Assembly: GCA_038057075.1 (NCBI GenBank)
Contig: JBBUDV010000002.1
Coordinates: 39,754 to 99,101, forward strand
Reading direction: 5' to 3'
Origin: Patescibacteria group bacterium
GTDB lineage: Bacteria; Patescibacteriota; Minisyncoccia; UBA6257; UBA9933
Length of the DNA: 59,348 nucleotides
Part shown: positions 18,482 to 26,892 of the stretch, in pieces
Numbering within the stretch: the first letter of the stretch is position 1
Layout: each line of letters opens with the position of its first letter
The notes under the pieces: model-generated
Told to the model about the DNA's origin: nothing
Databases searched by the model: none
What the model saw: the letters and a program-made list of their open reading frames with translations, nothing else
Made by a program: the position numbers and the translations under genes

Positions 18482-21400
18482 TTAGTTACTAACAGTAACT
18501 GAGCTAGACGGCAAAATCTTGACGAGCACGCCATTTGCCCAATCAGCGGTGGATTCGGAATGTCCGACCACCGAGTAATCAGACCAAACGAATGACGGAG
18601 CCGCGTCGGTCGCAGTACCAAGACTGCCGCGAACGCCAGCAACAGTCGTGGCGGTTACAAGAGTCGTCTCTGAACGATACAAATTAACCTGAGCTGAAGC
18701 GGCGCCAACGGTGCCGGAAACATCGGCAAAGGTTAACTGCAGTTCATATTCCTTCTCAGCCCCAGCCGCAATTTCTTGAGCGGAGGCAAGAAGAAGCGAG
18801 ACATAACCGGTATTACCGCCCTGAATCGCTACATTCTCGCCAGTTGTTGCGCTAGCTGAGCTGAAAGCTGAAGCAAGGTCGAGGTTAGAACCGGTTGAAA
18901 CATCTTTCAAGGCAACATTGCCCGTTGTGCTTGGAACAGCAGCAACAGCTGACATAGTCGCTCCGGTCATTGATACCTTGAATTGAATCTGTTTCCAAGC
19001 AACGGTCTCCGGACCATCGGCTTTAATCTTAAACTTCATTACCGCTTTTTGGCCGGTAGCAAGTTTTTCAGTAGTAGCAGTCGGAGCCGCGAAAGTCGGT
19101 TTTGTCTTGTAGACGACTTTCTGTTTGCCTGTGGCGGCGGTAACTGCGTTGTCTTTGGCAGTTGAACCCACAGCTTCAAAGGTTGTGCCTGAAGTGCCCA
19201 TTACGCTCACATAAAGCGATGTACCGGTATCGGCGCCGGCTGAAATTGAATTCAGAACGCCTTTAACAGTCAAGGTCTTATTAGAGTCTTTAGGAATCAC
19301 CCAGCCAAGGCCTTCAACAATCGCGATACCCGCGTTGTCGCCCGAAGCGTTAACCGTGTAACCGGCTGCGGCGCCAACTTGAGTCGCGCCATCATAAAGT
19401 TTGATGGTCGGCGCGTCATCGGCAGTGGCGGTCGTGGTAGCTGTCGCGCTATTGCTGGCAGCAACCAAGATTCGCATTTTGTTAACAGTCATATCCTCGT
19501 TCGTTGAGGTAAAGCGGAATTTGCCCAAGACACTTTCAGTATTGGCAATTACGATGCCTGCTTCTGAATCAACGTCATCAGGAGCAACGACAACCGAAAC
19601 ATCTCCGGAAGTGGTAATGGTATGACTTACCGTACCGCCGGAATTAGCAGCTGTACCTGTTAAGGTCGCGCTGTTTCCATCCGCGTCATTAGCAGTAATA
19701 TTGGCCGTACTTACCGCGGCAATGTTGAAATAATAAACATCGCCGTTAGTGGCATTCGCCGAAATACTGCCTTTCAGGATCAACACCTTTGTCACACCCT
19801 TGGCAATAGTAAGATTCAAATTGTCAAAGGTAGCGGTCAAAGCTGAAGAATCCAATGATTTTACGGTTGAAACTAAAGTATCACCATCATAAAGGGCTAA
19901 GCTCTGAACTTCTCCTGAAGTCAAAGTGCCTGACGAAGAAGTGGCTGTGACTTTAACAGTGCTCAACTTGATATCGCTGGAAATTGCCCTAAAACTGAAG
20001 CCAGCCAAATTTTTACTGGTCGCGCCCTGGACATAAGTCTGGGACGACGGTGTTGAAGCCAACTGAACATCAATAGTCGGGGCCTTAACAGTTTGAGCGT
20101 TCCCGGCAATTATTGACGCCGGAACGATATTGGCAGTTGCCACAAACTGATTATTGTCCAAGTTCTTAATATCGGATGCCGTAAACGCCAAAAGATTAAT
20201 TTTGAGCGTGCCGTCCGCGGTATTGGTAGAATCAACGTCAACCGTCAATTTAAAGGTCTTGGACGTGCCAGCGCTGATATTAATGATGTCAGTATAGGTA
20301 AAGTTCGTTGTGGTAAGATTTGTCGCGCTCGTTATCACAGAATTAGAACTTACATCCCATACTTTAGCATCACTATATATCCCTATCGCGCCGACTGTGG
20401 TTGTGCTGAATCTCAAATTACGGATTTCAATGTTGTTTTTGGAAGCGATGGTGAAATTATAAACTTCAACATCCTGTCCGCGAATCGCGATATCTCCAGT
20501 AATCGGACCATTAAAGGTAATTGTTACATCGCCTCCGGCGAGCGTAATCGCGTGCGATTCGGTGGCGGTGTCAAATGCAGTGATATCCGGGTTAACTGAA
20601 TAGCCATAGGTTTTGCCTGTGGCAACGACATCTCCTTTGCTGTCAAAGTAAAGCTTAATAGTGTCGCTTACCTTGGCGGCGCCGGCAACATCAACATAAA
20701 CCCTGAATGTCCTCTCCTGTCCTTTTTCCAAGAGATAAGCCGTGTCAAAAACAAAAGTTACTAAGTCTTTGGCGCCGACTGAAGCCGCTTTTGCCAAAAA
20801 AACAGTTCCAGAAGCATCCTTCAAAACAAAATTTGAAAGATTGCTGTTGGAAATTGAACCGCCCTGAGTTAACGCGAGTTGTTTAATCAAAACGTCTTCT
20901 GTCGCAGAAGCGGTTAATTTAAACTCGGAAACCTGAGCGATAAGTTGGCCGATATACGGATTGGAAAGCGAACCAGTTGAAGTAGCGGTAACGCCGCCAA
21001 CTGCCTGGCCGCCGATAGTCATCGTATTGCTTACCAACGCGCCTGTCGGCGTTGTATCGCCGGTAGCAGACACTAATTCAAAATAGTGAATATTGCCGGC
21101 GCTTGCGTCAGAAGCAACATCCACTTTTAAGCTCAAAGTTTTTGTTCCGTTAATCGCTAAAGCGAGGTTAAGAAACGAAACTTCATGCGTGGTTGAATTG
21201 ATGCTGCGACCGCTGGTCAATCGTGTATTGCCTTCATAAAGATAAAAACCGGTTGAAGCAAAATCAGCTGTCGCGCCGATTCCTTTTCTTTTAAAGGTAA
21301 GCCCTGTGATTGTCCCATTGCCGGAAACCGTGAATTTCACGAATTCCGCGCCAGAAACACCTTTTGGAATAGTTGTACCAGCCGGATTCGTAGAATCTAA

Positions 21401-21865
21401 AGCTAAAACTAAACCGCTGGTTGGAACAGTTGTCCCAGGGGTTGTCGGTGTTGTTCCTACCGCCAATGAATTGATGTATGACCTCGTTATTGGTCCGAAA
21501 TATCCGGCTGCCGGAGAAATTCCGACTCTGGCCTGATATTTTGCCAACGCCGCTTTGGTCATTGAACCAAAGTAGGTTGTCGTGACGGAGATTACGAGAT
21601 CTCCTTTACTAACTAAGAATTGCTGCAAGGCCTTAACTTCAGTTCCCTTTGAACCTAAGGTGAGGTCTTTGGTAAAGGTTGTTGAAATTGTAGCCGCTTG
21701 GCCTCCTTGCAACTGCGCGATTAACACTTGGAGTTGAGCGATTTGAGCCAATAAGCTCTCAATCGTAACGGTTTGAGCCGAAGCGATCATCACTCCGCCC
21801 GCAAATGTAATTGCAGTCGCCAAAGAAAGTCCTATCGCAGCAACTTTCTTTACTTTATTACTCAT
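18482..21865 (-). CDS. large secreted surface (S-layer-like) protein with a peptidoglycan-binding domain
   Basis: 1127 aa. Signal peptide, coiled-coil LLAQIAQLQVLIAQLQ, PG_binding_1-like segment (GSKGTEVKALQQFLVSKGDL...YFGSMTKAALAKYQ...GYFGPITRSYI), then a long Thr/Ala/Ser/Val-rich beta-type repetitive region. GC-richer than the surroundings. Confidence 0.6.
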   Translation of the reverse strand: MSNKVKKVAAIGLSLATAITFAGGVMIASAQTVTIESLLAQIAQLQVLIAQLQGGQAATISTTFTKDLTLGSKGTEVKALQQFLVSKGDLVISVTTTYFGSMTKAALAKYQARVGISPAAGYFGPITRSYINSLAVGTTPTTPGTTVPTSGLVLALDSTNPAGTTIPKGVSGAEFVKFTVSGNGTITGLTFKRKGIGATADFASTGFYLYEGNTRLTSGRSINSTTHEVSFLNLALAINGTKTLSLKVDVASDASAGNIHYFELVSATGDTTPTGALVSNTMTIGGQAVGGVTATSTGSLSNPYIGQLIAQVSEFKLTASATEDVLIKQLALTQGGSISNSNLSNFVLKDASGTVFLAKAASVGAKDLVTFVFDTAYLLEKGQERTFRVYVDVAGAAKVSDTIKLYFDSKGDVVATGKTYGYSVNPDITAFDTATESHAITLAGGDVTITFNGPITGDIAIRGQDVEVYNFTIASKNNIEIRNLRFSTTTVGAIGIYSDAKVWDVSSNSVITSATNLTTTNFTYTDIINISAGTSKTFKLTVDVDSTNTADGTLKINLLAFTASDIKNLDNNQFVATANIVPASIIAGNAQTVKAPTIDVQLASTPSSQTYVQGATSKNLAGFSFRAISSDIKLSTVKVTATSSSGTLTSGEVQSLALYDGDTLVSTVKSLDSSALTATFDNLNLTIAKGVTKVLILKGSISANATNGDVYYFNIAAVSTANITANDADGNSATLTGTAANSGGTVSHTITTSGDVSVVVAPDDVDSEAGIVIANTESVLGKFRFTSTNEDMTVNKMRILVAASNSATATTTATADDAPTIKLYDGATQVGAAAGYTVNASGDNAGIAIVEGLGWVIPKDSNKTLTVKGVLNSISAGADTGTSLYVSVMGTSGTTFEAVGSTAKDNAVTAATGKQKVVYKTKPTFAAPTATTEKLATGQKAVMKFKIKADGPETVAWKQIQFKVSMTGATMSAVAAVPSTTGNVALKDVSTGSNLDLASAFSSASATTGENVAIQGGNTGYVSLLLASAQEIAAGAEKEYELQLTFADVSGTVGAASAQVNLYRSETTLVTATTVAGVRGSLGTATDAAPSFVWSDYSVVGHSESTADWANGVLVKILPSSSVTVSN

Positions 21866-22274
21866 TTCTTTATTTTCTTGTTTTTATCATCAACGAATAG
21901 CTTGCCCAGAGCTTTGTTGAACGGGCTTTTTGTTATTCGCTGATTTTAATTCTGTTTTCTAAATTATTTTAATTATTTTCGGAAAGTTATCGTCTTATTA
22001 ATCGACCCGCTGCCATGCCGTTGTGAGGATAGGCCGCAAGCTTAATACCACAATAACTCTGACAACTAGTTAAATCATGAAGCATGGAACATGGATCATG
22101 AAGCATCTTTAGTAAAGATTTTTAAAAATAAAAATCCTCACTAAATTGTGAGGACAACTAAATACACTAAATTTAAGAACTTAATTCATGGATTTTTATG
22201 TTCCATGTTTCAAGCTCTATGCTCTATGATTTTAGTTTAGTCCTCACTCCAAACTAAAATTCAATGTATTTTTA

Positions 22275-22302
22275 ATTTTAATCCCTTAAAAATTTCTGTC
22301 AA
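22275..22302 (-). promoter_or_regulatory. sigma70-type promoter for the surface-protein gene
   Basis: Minus sense reads TTGACA (22302..22297), a 16-nt spacer, then TAAAAT (22280..22275). This implies a ~400-nt 5' leader. Confidence 0.5.
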
Positions 22303-22356
22303 CCCCATTCAGTAAAATCAATTGGATATTTTGGGGATATCAATAAATATAACGAC

Positions 22357-22380
22357 AAAATGAAACGAGTGTTTCATTTT
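22357..22380 (-). terminator. rho-independent terminator of the wHTH gene
   Basis: AAAATGAAAC-gagt-GTTTCATTTT hairpin, about 100 nt downstream of the stop at 22477. Confidence 0.55.
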
Positions 22381-22476
22381 TAACCCACCACCTATAACTT
22401 ACAACTTACAACAATTTTAAGGCTTAATTCCTGCGTTTTTGTAGTTAGTAGTTAGTTGTCGGTTATTAGTTGTTAG

Positions 22477-23331
22477 TTATTTCTTCAACGTATAGAAGCT
22501 TCCAGGGCCTGAAGTGCCAGTTTTTTCAATTAAGCCGGAATCATTAAGCTTTTGCAGATAAAATCTAATAGTTCTCTCGCTTATTTCCGGGAAAAATGCG
22601 GCAATTTCTTTGGTTGAAACCTTGCCGAACTCTTTAATTTTCCTGTAAATAAGGTTTTGCCATGAATCCTGAACGCTTTCTTCATCAGTTTGCGCTGTTT
22701 CTTGCCGAATTATTGCCTGCCTGCCGATAGACACGGCCGAATTATTTAGTTCGGCAATTGCCGAACTCTGATTTTGCCGAACTACTTGCGAAGAGCTTTG
22801 CCGGGTTCCCGACATCACTATTGCCGAACTACTTGTAGTGAGCTTTGCCGAACTATTGTTTTCTTTTGATTTCTTTGCCAAATTAGAATCCTGATTTTGC
22901 CGAATTTCTAAGGCCGGCTGCCGAACTACATCAACAAACTCTCCCATAGCCATTGGCGGCTGTGAAAAAATACTTTCAATAAAAACCGCTTCTTCCGGAT
23001 TTTGAGATGCTTGTTTTACTAATAATTCCTCATGTTTTTTAACAGCGTTATGAAGATTACTTAGCTCGCGGTACAAAACCCTCGCATTGACGATTTTTAT
23101 CTCTCCTATGGCTTCCGCAAGCCGTATAAGCGATATTAATTTTTCTATTTCAAAAACATTTTTAACAACGTCGCTTTTTAAATCAGAATGGCCGTATTTA
23201 TGAACCAAATTAATAGCCCCGTCTTCCAGATTTTTTTTCAAATTATCCTGCTTGACCAAGACCGCGCAACGAAAAACCGCCCAAGCGATTTCAAAAGACC
23301 GATTTTTGATAAATTCAAGATTTTGAATCAT
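22477..23331 (-). CDS. putative DNA-binding regulator with C-terminal winged helix and a repetitive Ser/Gln/Arg linker
   Basis: 284 aa. The C-terminus KVSTKEIAAFFPEISERTIRFYLQKLNDSGLIEKTG is wHTH-like. The central region has RQNQ/SSA repeats encoded by the TTGCCGAAYT array. Confidence 0.55.
   Translation of the reverse strand: MIQNLEFIKNRSFEIAWAVFRCAVLVKQDNLKKNLEDGAINLVHKYGHSDLKSDVVKNVFEIEKLISLIRLAEAIGEIKIVNARVLYRELSNLHNAVKKHEELLVKQASQNPEEAVFIESIFSQPPMAMGEFVDVVRQPALEIRQNQDSNLAKKSKENNSSAKLTTSSSAIVMSGTRQSSSQVVRQNQSSAIAELNNSAVSIGRQAIIRQETAQTDEESVQDSWQNLIYRKIKEFGKVSTKEIAAFFPEISERTIRFYLQKLNDSGLIEKTGTSGPGSFYTLKK
22702..22927. repeat. array of TTGCCGAA(C/T)T motifs at ~21-24 bp spacing, including a 20-bp perfect palindrome
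   Basis: Copies start at 22702, 22758, 22774, 22821, 22845, 22897 and 22918, with degenerate copies at 22722, 22798 and 22875. The palindrome AGTTCGGCAATTGCCGAACT lies at 22748..22767. Confidence 0.8.
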
Positions 23332-23337
23332 TGCCGA

Positions 23338-23366
23338 ATTCTATAAATAGTTCGGCAATATGTCAA
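23338..23366 (-). promoter_or_regulatory. sigma70 promoter of the wHTH gene with embedded TTGCCGAAYT operators; near-leaderless
   Basis: Minus sense reads TTGACA (23366..23361), a 17-nt spacer, then TAGAAT (23343..23338), with the ATG 6 nt further on. Motif copies lie at 23331..23340, 23349..23358 (inverted) and 23372..23381. Confidence 0.6.
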
Positions 23367-23427
23367 TCCCGTTGCCGAACTTTGACAAACAAGCTAAAAT
23401 CTATAAAATTTAATAGAAGGTTATTTT

Positions 23428-23510
23428 GCCGGGGTGTCGTAATGGTAGCCGAGCATGACTCAAAATCATGTGGCCGTAAGGCCGTGAGGGTTCAAGTCCC
23501 TCCCCCGGTA
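23428..23510 (+). tRNA. tRNA-Leu (anticodon CAA), class II with long variable arm
   Basis: Manual cloverleaf: GCCGGGG acceptor, UCG/CGA D stem, CAUGA-CUCAAAA-UCAUG anticodon arm, GGCCGUAAGGCC variable arm, GAGGG-UUCAAGU-CCCUC T arm. CCA is not encoded. The acceptor closes with a G-U pair. Confidence 0.85.
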
Positions 23511-23514
23511 CTGG

Positions 23515-24099
23515 ATGAAACAAAAACAACTCAATCCTGATAAAAAATTATTAGCTTATATAATAGGTCTTGCTCTTGGTGATGGGAATCTTTCAAATCC
23601 AAACGGAAGAGCAGTGCGGCTCAGGATAACTTGTGACAAAAAATATCCATTTCTTATTAAGGAAATCCAAAAATCAATACGAACACTTTTACCGGAGAAT
23701 AAAGTTTCTATTGTGCATAGAAAAGGCAATTGTTTGGATATAAGCTGTTTTTCAAATTATTGGGAAAGTTTATTGGGTTGGAAAGCTAAAGAAGGAAGTA
23801 AAATAAAACAAACTGTAAGTGTTCCTTTTTGGATAAAGAAAAATAGAAATCACTCAATCCAATGTTTAAAAGGTTTAATAGAAACCGACGGGTCTATTTA
23901 TAGCGATAGAGGTTATAAAATGGTAAATTTTGTTACCTACATCCCGAATTTAGCAAATGATGTTATAAAAATGATTGAAAACATAGGCTTTAATCCGAAT
24001 GTTCAAAAATTAAAAATTTCAAACAATATCAAATACACCATAAGAATATCAAGAAATGCCGAAAAATTTATAAAGACCGTCAAAATAAACAAAAGCTGA
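23515..24099 (+). CDS. LAGLIDADG-family homing endonuclease (two-motif, monomeric type)
   Basis: LAYIIGLALGDGNL and LKGLIETDGSIY motifs. 194 aa. Starts 5 nt after the tRNA-Leu 3' end. Confidence 0.8.
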   Translation: MKQKQLNPDKKLLAYIIGLALGDGNLSNPNGRAVRLRITCDKKYPFLIKEIQKSIRTLLPENKVSIVHRKGNCLDISCFSNYWESLLGWKAKEGSKIKQTVSVPFWIKKNRNHSIQCLKGLIETDGSIYSDRGYKMVNFVTYIPNLANDVIKMIENIGFNPNVQKLKISNNIKYTIRISRNAEKFIKTVKINKS

Positions 24100-24144
24100 A
24101 TAAAAATATCGCTCCGATGTACATCGGAGCGATATTTTTATTCA
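24097..24144. terminator. 48-bp perfect palindrome acting as a bidirectional terminator
   Basis: TGAATAAAAATATCGCTCCGATGT|ACATCGGAGCGATATTTTTATTCA. It covers the stop codons of both convergent genes. Confidence 0.75.
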
Positions 24145-24617
24145 AACTTGATTTTCATTTTCTTTGACTTTGTTTTATTCAATTTCGGCAAAACTATCCT
24201 TAAAATCCCGTTTTTGAAATCCGCCTTGGCATGGTCAGGATTGATTTCCTGCGGCAAAATTATTGAACGGGAAAATCTGCCCCAATAAAGCTCCTGATAT
24301 AAATAATCCTTTTTTTCTATTTTTTCTTTCTTTTCCCTTTTACCTCTGATAGTGACTGACTCCGGAGATATTTCCACGTCCAAATCGTCGGTCAAAATAC
24401 CCGCGATAGGCGCCTCTATCACAATATCGTTATCGGTCTGATAAACATCCAAAGTAAGCTGACCGTCTCCCTCGTCAAAAAATATTTCTTCTCCTTTTTT
24501 ATCTTCTTTCATATCAATGTCTACTTTTTCAGCTTTAACCAATTTTGGCTCAAAATCATCCGTTTCTTCGGAAACTCCGGCTAATTTTTCAAAAAATTTT
24601 TTAGTGTCTTCATTCAT
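24138..24617 (-). CDS. Hsp20/alpha-crystallin small heat-shock protein
   Basis: Alpha-crystallin domain: LTLDVYQTDNDIVIEAPIAG...GRFSRSIILPQEINPDHAKADFKNGILRIVLPK. Confidence 0.85.
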   Translation of the reverse strand: MNEDTKKFFEKLAGVSEETDDFEPKLVKAEKVDIDMKEDKKGEEIFFDEGDGQLTLDVYQTDNDIVIEAPIAGILTDDLDVEISPESVTIRGKREKKEKIEKKDYLYQELYWGRFSRSIILPQEINPDHAKADFKNGILRIVLPKLNKTKSKKMKIKFE

Positions 24618-24711
24618 AATCGCTTCGCTTATATAATCCTAATCCCCAAATGATATCCTAATCTACAAATAAATATTATTCGGGGTATTCGGATAAATTC
24701 GTAAATTCGGA

Positions 24712-25380
24712 TTATATTTTATTAGATTTCTTAAGCTTTTCAAAATCGTAAAAAATGAAAAACGCGACAAATACTAAAAATAATATGGAATAAAACGCTC
24801 CTCCATTAAATATTATTATAAAGTAATTAAAAATCGCATGCAACAAAGTGGCAAAAATCAATCCCGTCAAAATAAACAAAAAGAATCCTTTTTTCTTTAT
24901 CAATCCTTTTGCCCAATAATAACCGACTAAAGCGGAACTCAAAACATGAAGTAAAGTGGCTCCTAAAAACCTGAAAACCAATATCCCCGCTTTTTCCGGC
25001 ATCGCTTCGGAACCTATCATTATAGAAACGTTTTCCACTGCCGCCATGCCCGCGGCCGCGGTAACCATATAAATCATGGCGTCAATCGGCTCGTCAAAAT
25101 ACTTGCTTTTTTTAACTATAAGATATGTCGCCGCGAATTTAAAAATTTCTTCCAGCGCCGCGAAACCCGAAACCGCAAAAAATCCATTTTGGTTTATGGT
25201 ATTGTTATCCAAAAAAACCTGAAAATAATATTGAATCGCGACGGCAATTACGGCGGCGGACACTCCGCCCAAAAAAACCAAAAAAACCATTTTTCTCGGT
25301 TCCGGATGAATATCTTCTTGTAAAAAGAAACTTAACCAGATAAAACTCGGCAGCAAACCAAATAAAATAAATAAAACCAT
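24712..25380 (-). CDS. PrsW-family intramembrane glutamic/metalloprotease-like protein
   Basis: Polytopic. FAALEEIFKF, AAVENV and LHVLSSALVGY motifs resemble PrsW. Confidence 0.65.
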   Translation of the reverse strand: MVLFILFGLLPSFIWLSFFLQEDIHPEPRKMVFLVFLGGVSAAVIAVAIQYYFQVFLDNNTINQNGFFAVSGFAALEEIFKFAATYLIVKKSKYFDEPIDAMIYMVTAAAGMAAVENVSIMIGSEAMPEKAGILVFRFLGATLLHVLSSALVGYYWAKGLIKKKGFFLFILTGLIFATLLHAIFNYFIIIFNGGAFYSILFLVFVAFFIFYDFEKLKKSNKI

Positions 25381-25424
25381 GATTTAATTATAAACAAAAT
25401 AAACCTAATAGAAAAAGAAAATTT

Positions 25425-25545
25425 ATTGTAGCGCGGCCCGGCGACTGAGCGGGCATGGTGTCACGATAAAATCGGGACGAGCGAAGGAGCCGAGCCAGTG
25501 AAGCCGCTCGCTGGGCGGCTAAACGGTAGCGAAAGAAAGTTTCTT
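25425..25545. other. GC-rich structured intergenic element (candidate small RNA or REP-like element)
   Basis: A ~120-nt GC-rich island between two AT-rich minus-strand genes. Local hairpins GCCCG-n9-CGGGC and GAGCG-n21-CGCTC. It shares the words GGCTCGGC and CTTCGCTCG with the 298-bp repeat. Confidence 0.35.
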
Positions 25546-25554
25546 TTTCTAAAC

Positions 25555-26808
25555 TTACACCTCAAACCATCCTTTAATAATATTATCTTCAATCAACTCC
25601 CCCATTTTTTTCTCTCCGAAATATTCAATGAAAATTTTATTCCACAGCGATTCCTGATGATGATATAAATATTTTGTCATTTCTTTTCTTTTGACCAAAT
25701 CCATCGCCACGTCAACTAAATTAAAACTGACCAAAACATCCAGCCCAGCGTCCGTCTTATAATAATCGCCTATCCAATTCAATTCATGCCAAAAACTCAA
25801 GTCAGCGGGAAATCCTTGTAACTCTCTTGATATAAGTATAAACATTCGTTCCGCCTTTTCCCAATGGAGCGCCTCGGGATTGACGTGCGGTTCAAACAAA
25901 CGCCAATCATATTGGTCGTCTTTGGCCAGATATCTTTGAATTATCAACCACTGGCTTTTGTCCGACTTTGGCAATCTTGAATCCGGCACGTCTCCGCGAA
26001 GCAGCGAAATGAAGTTTTGGGCGAATGTTTGTTCGTCTTGAGCCAATTTTATGAATAATTTTGAATAAAACGCGACTTCGTTGAAATAATGGAGAATTAA
26101 CGCAAAATTTCTCAATGTTTCCGCGGAAATGTTCAACTCAATCGGAATTATGTAAATCAGTCCCAGTTCTTTCAAATGGCTTATATTATGATGTTTTTTA
26201 TTTATAAATTCTTGCGCCAAGTCGCCCCACTTTTTGGACAGCGCGATTGTCGTAAATTCTCTTTCTTCAAAATCACTCGGTTTGAGCGTCGCGTATTGCG
26301 GCAAAAATTCGCTGTTCAGCCATTCCGCTCCCTCCACAAACCTTAAACTGGAAAATATCTCAAAAAAATCCTCGTTTTTTATGAGTTCATCAACGTTTCT
26401 GTAGCCGAGTGATTTTATAACTCTGTTAGGCGGTTTGGTTTTCAAAAATTCAAGCGCTTTTTCTTTTTTCAAGAAAAATCCTTTCGGCTGGTTCAATATC
26501 ATTTTTGTGGTTGTTAAAATTTTGCCCCAGTCCTCGGCAAAATTGGCTCTGGGAAATCCCAAAAATTTATGAACCGCCTCGTTGTCCGACTCAACCCTTT
26601 TTATCAAAGCGTCGTAAATATTCTTCGCGCGCGGATTCTCGCAGATTTTCAAAATTCCGCACCTGCTTTTTATCATCGCCTCATTTTCCTCTATGATTTT
26701 ATCCATCACTCCTTTCTTCCCGGTAACTGTTTCCAATCTGTCCGTTATGGCGCGTATATTATCTTTGTCGGTTCTTAAAATTTTAGCGATTTTTTCGTAT
26801 GCCTGCAT
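25555..26808 (-). CDS. hypothetical protein (417 aa)
   Basis: Long intact ORF with no motif I recognise. Confidence 0.5.
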   Translation of the reverse strand: MQAYEKIAKILRTDKDNIRAITDRLETVTGKKGVMDKIIEENEAMIKSRCGILKICENPRAKNIYDALIKRVESDNEAVHKFLGFPRANFAEDWGKILTTTKMILNQPKGFFLKKEKALEFLKTKPPNRVIKSLGYRNVDELIKNEDFFEIFSSLRFVEGAEWLNSEFLPQYATLKPSDFEEREFTTIALSKKWGDLAQEFINKKHHNISHLKELGLIYIIPIELNISAETLRNFALILHYFNEVAFYSKLFIKLAQDEQTFAQNFISLLRGDVPDSRLPKSDKSQWLIIQRYLAKDDQYDWRLFEPHVNPEALHWEKAERMFILISRELQGFPADLSFWHELNWIGDYYKTDAGLDVLVSFNLVDVAMDLVKRKEMTKYLYHHQESLWNKIFIEYFGEKKMGELIEDNIIKGWFEV

Positions 26809-26892
26809 GTTTCAAATTAAAAATTAAAATATCAAAATTAAAAATGACAATTTAAAATTTTTTGTCGTTAGTTGTTGGTTGTTAGTTGTTGG

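Noticed and set aside
22702-22927. Possible CRISPR array, because of regularly spaced ~10-nt repeats
   Set aside because: The period is only 21-30 bp with no unique spacers of CRISPR length. The array lies inside an intact CDS, and no cas genes are present in the window.
23331-23540. 69-aa + strand ORF
   Set aside because: It spans the tRNA-Leu(CAA) gene and the promoter of the wHTH gene. The tRNA cloverleaf explains the sequence.
25425-25545. Attempt to assign the GC-rich element to SRP RNA, tmRNA, 6S or RNase P
   Set aside because: It has no tRNA-like ends, no SRP domain IV GGAA/AGCA motifs and no RNase P conserved helices that I can see. It is kept only as an unclassified candidate.
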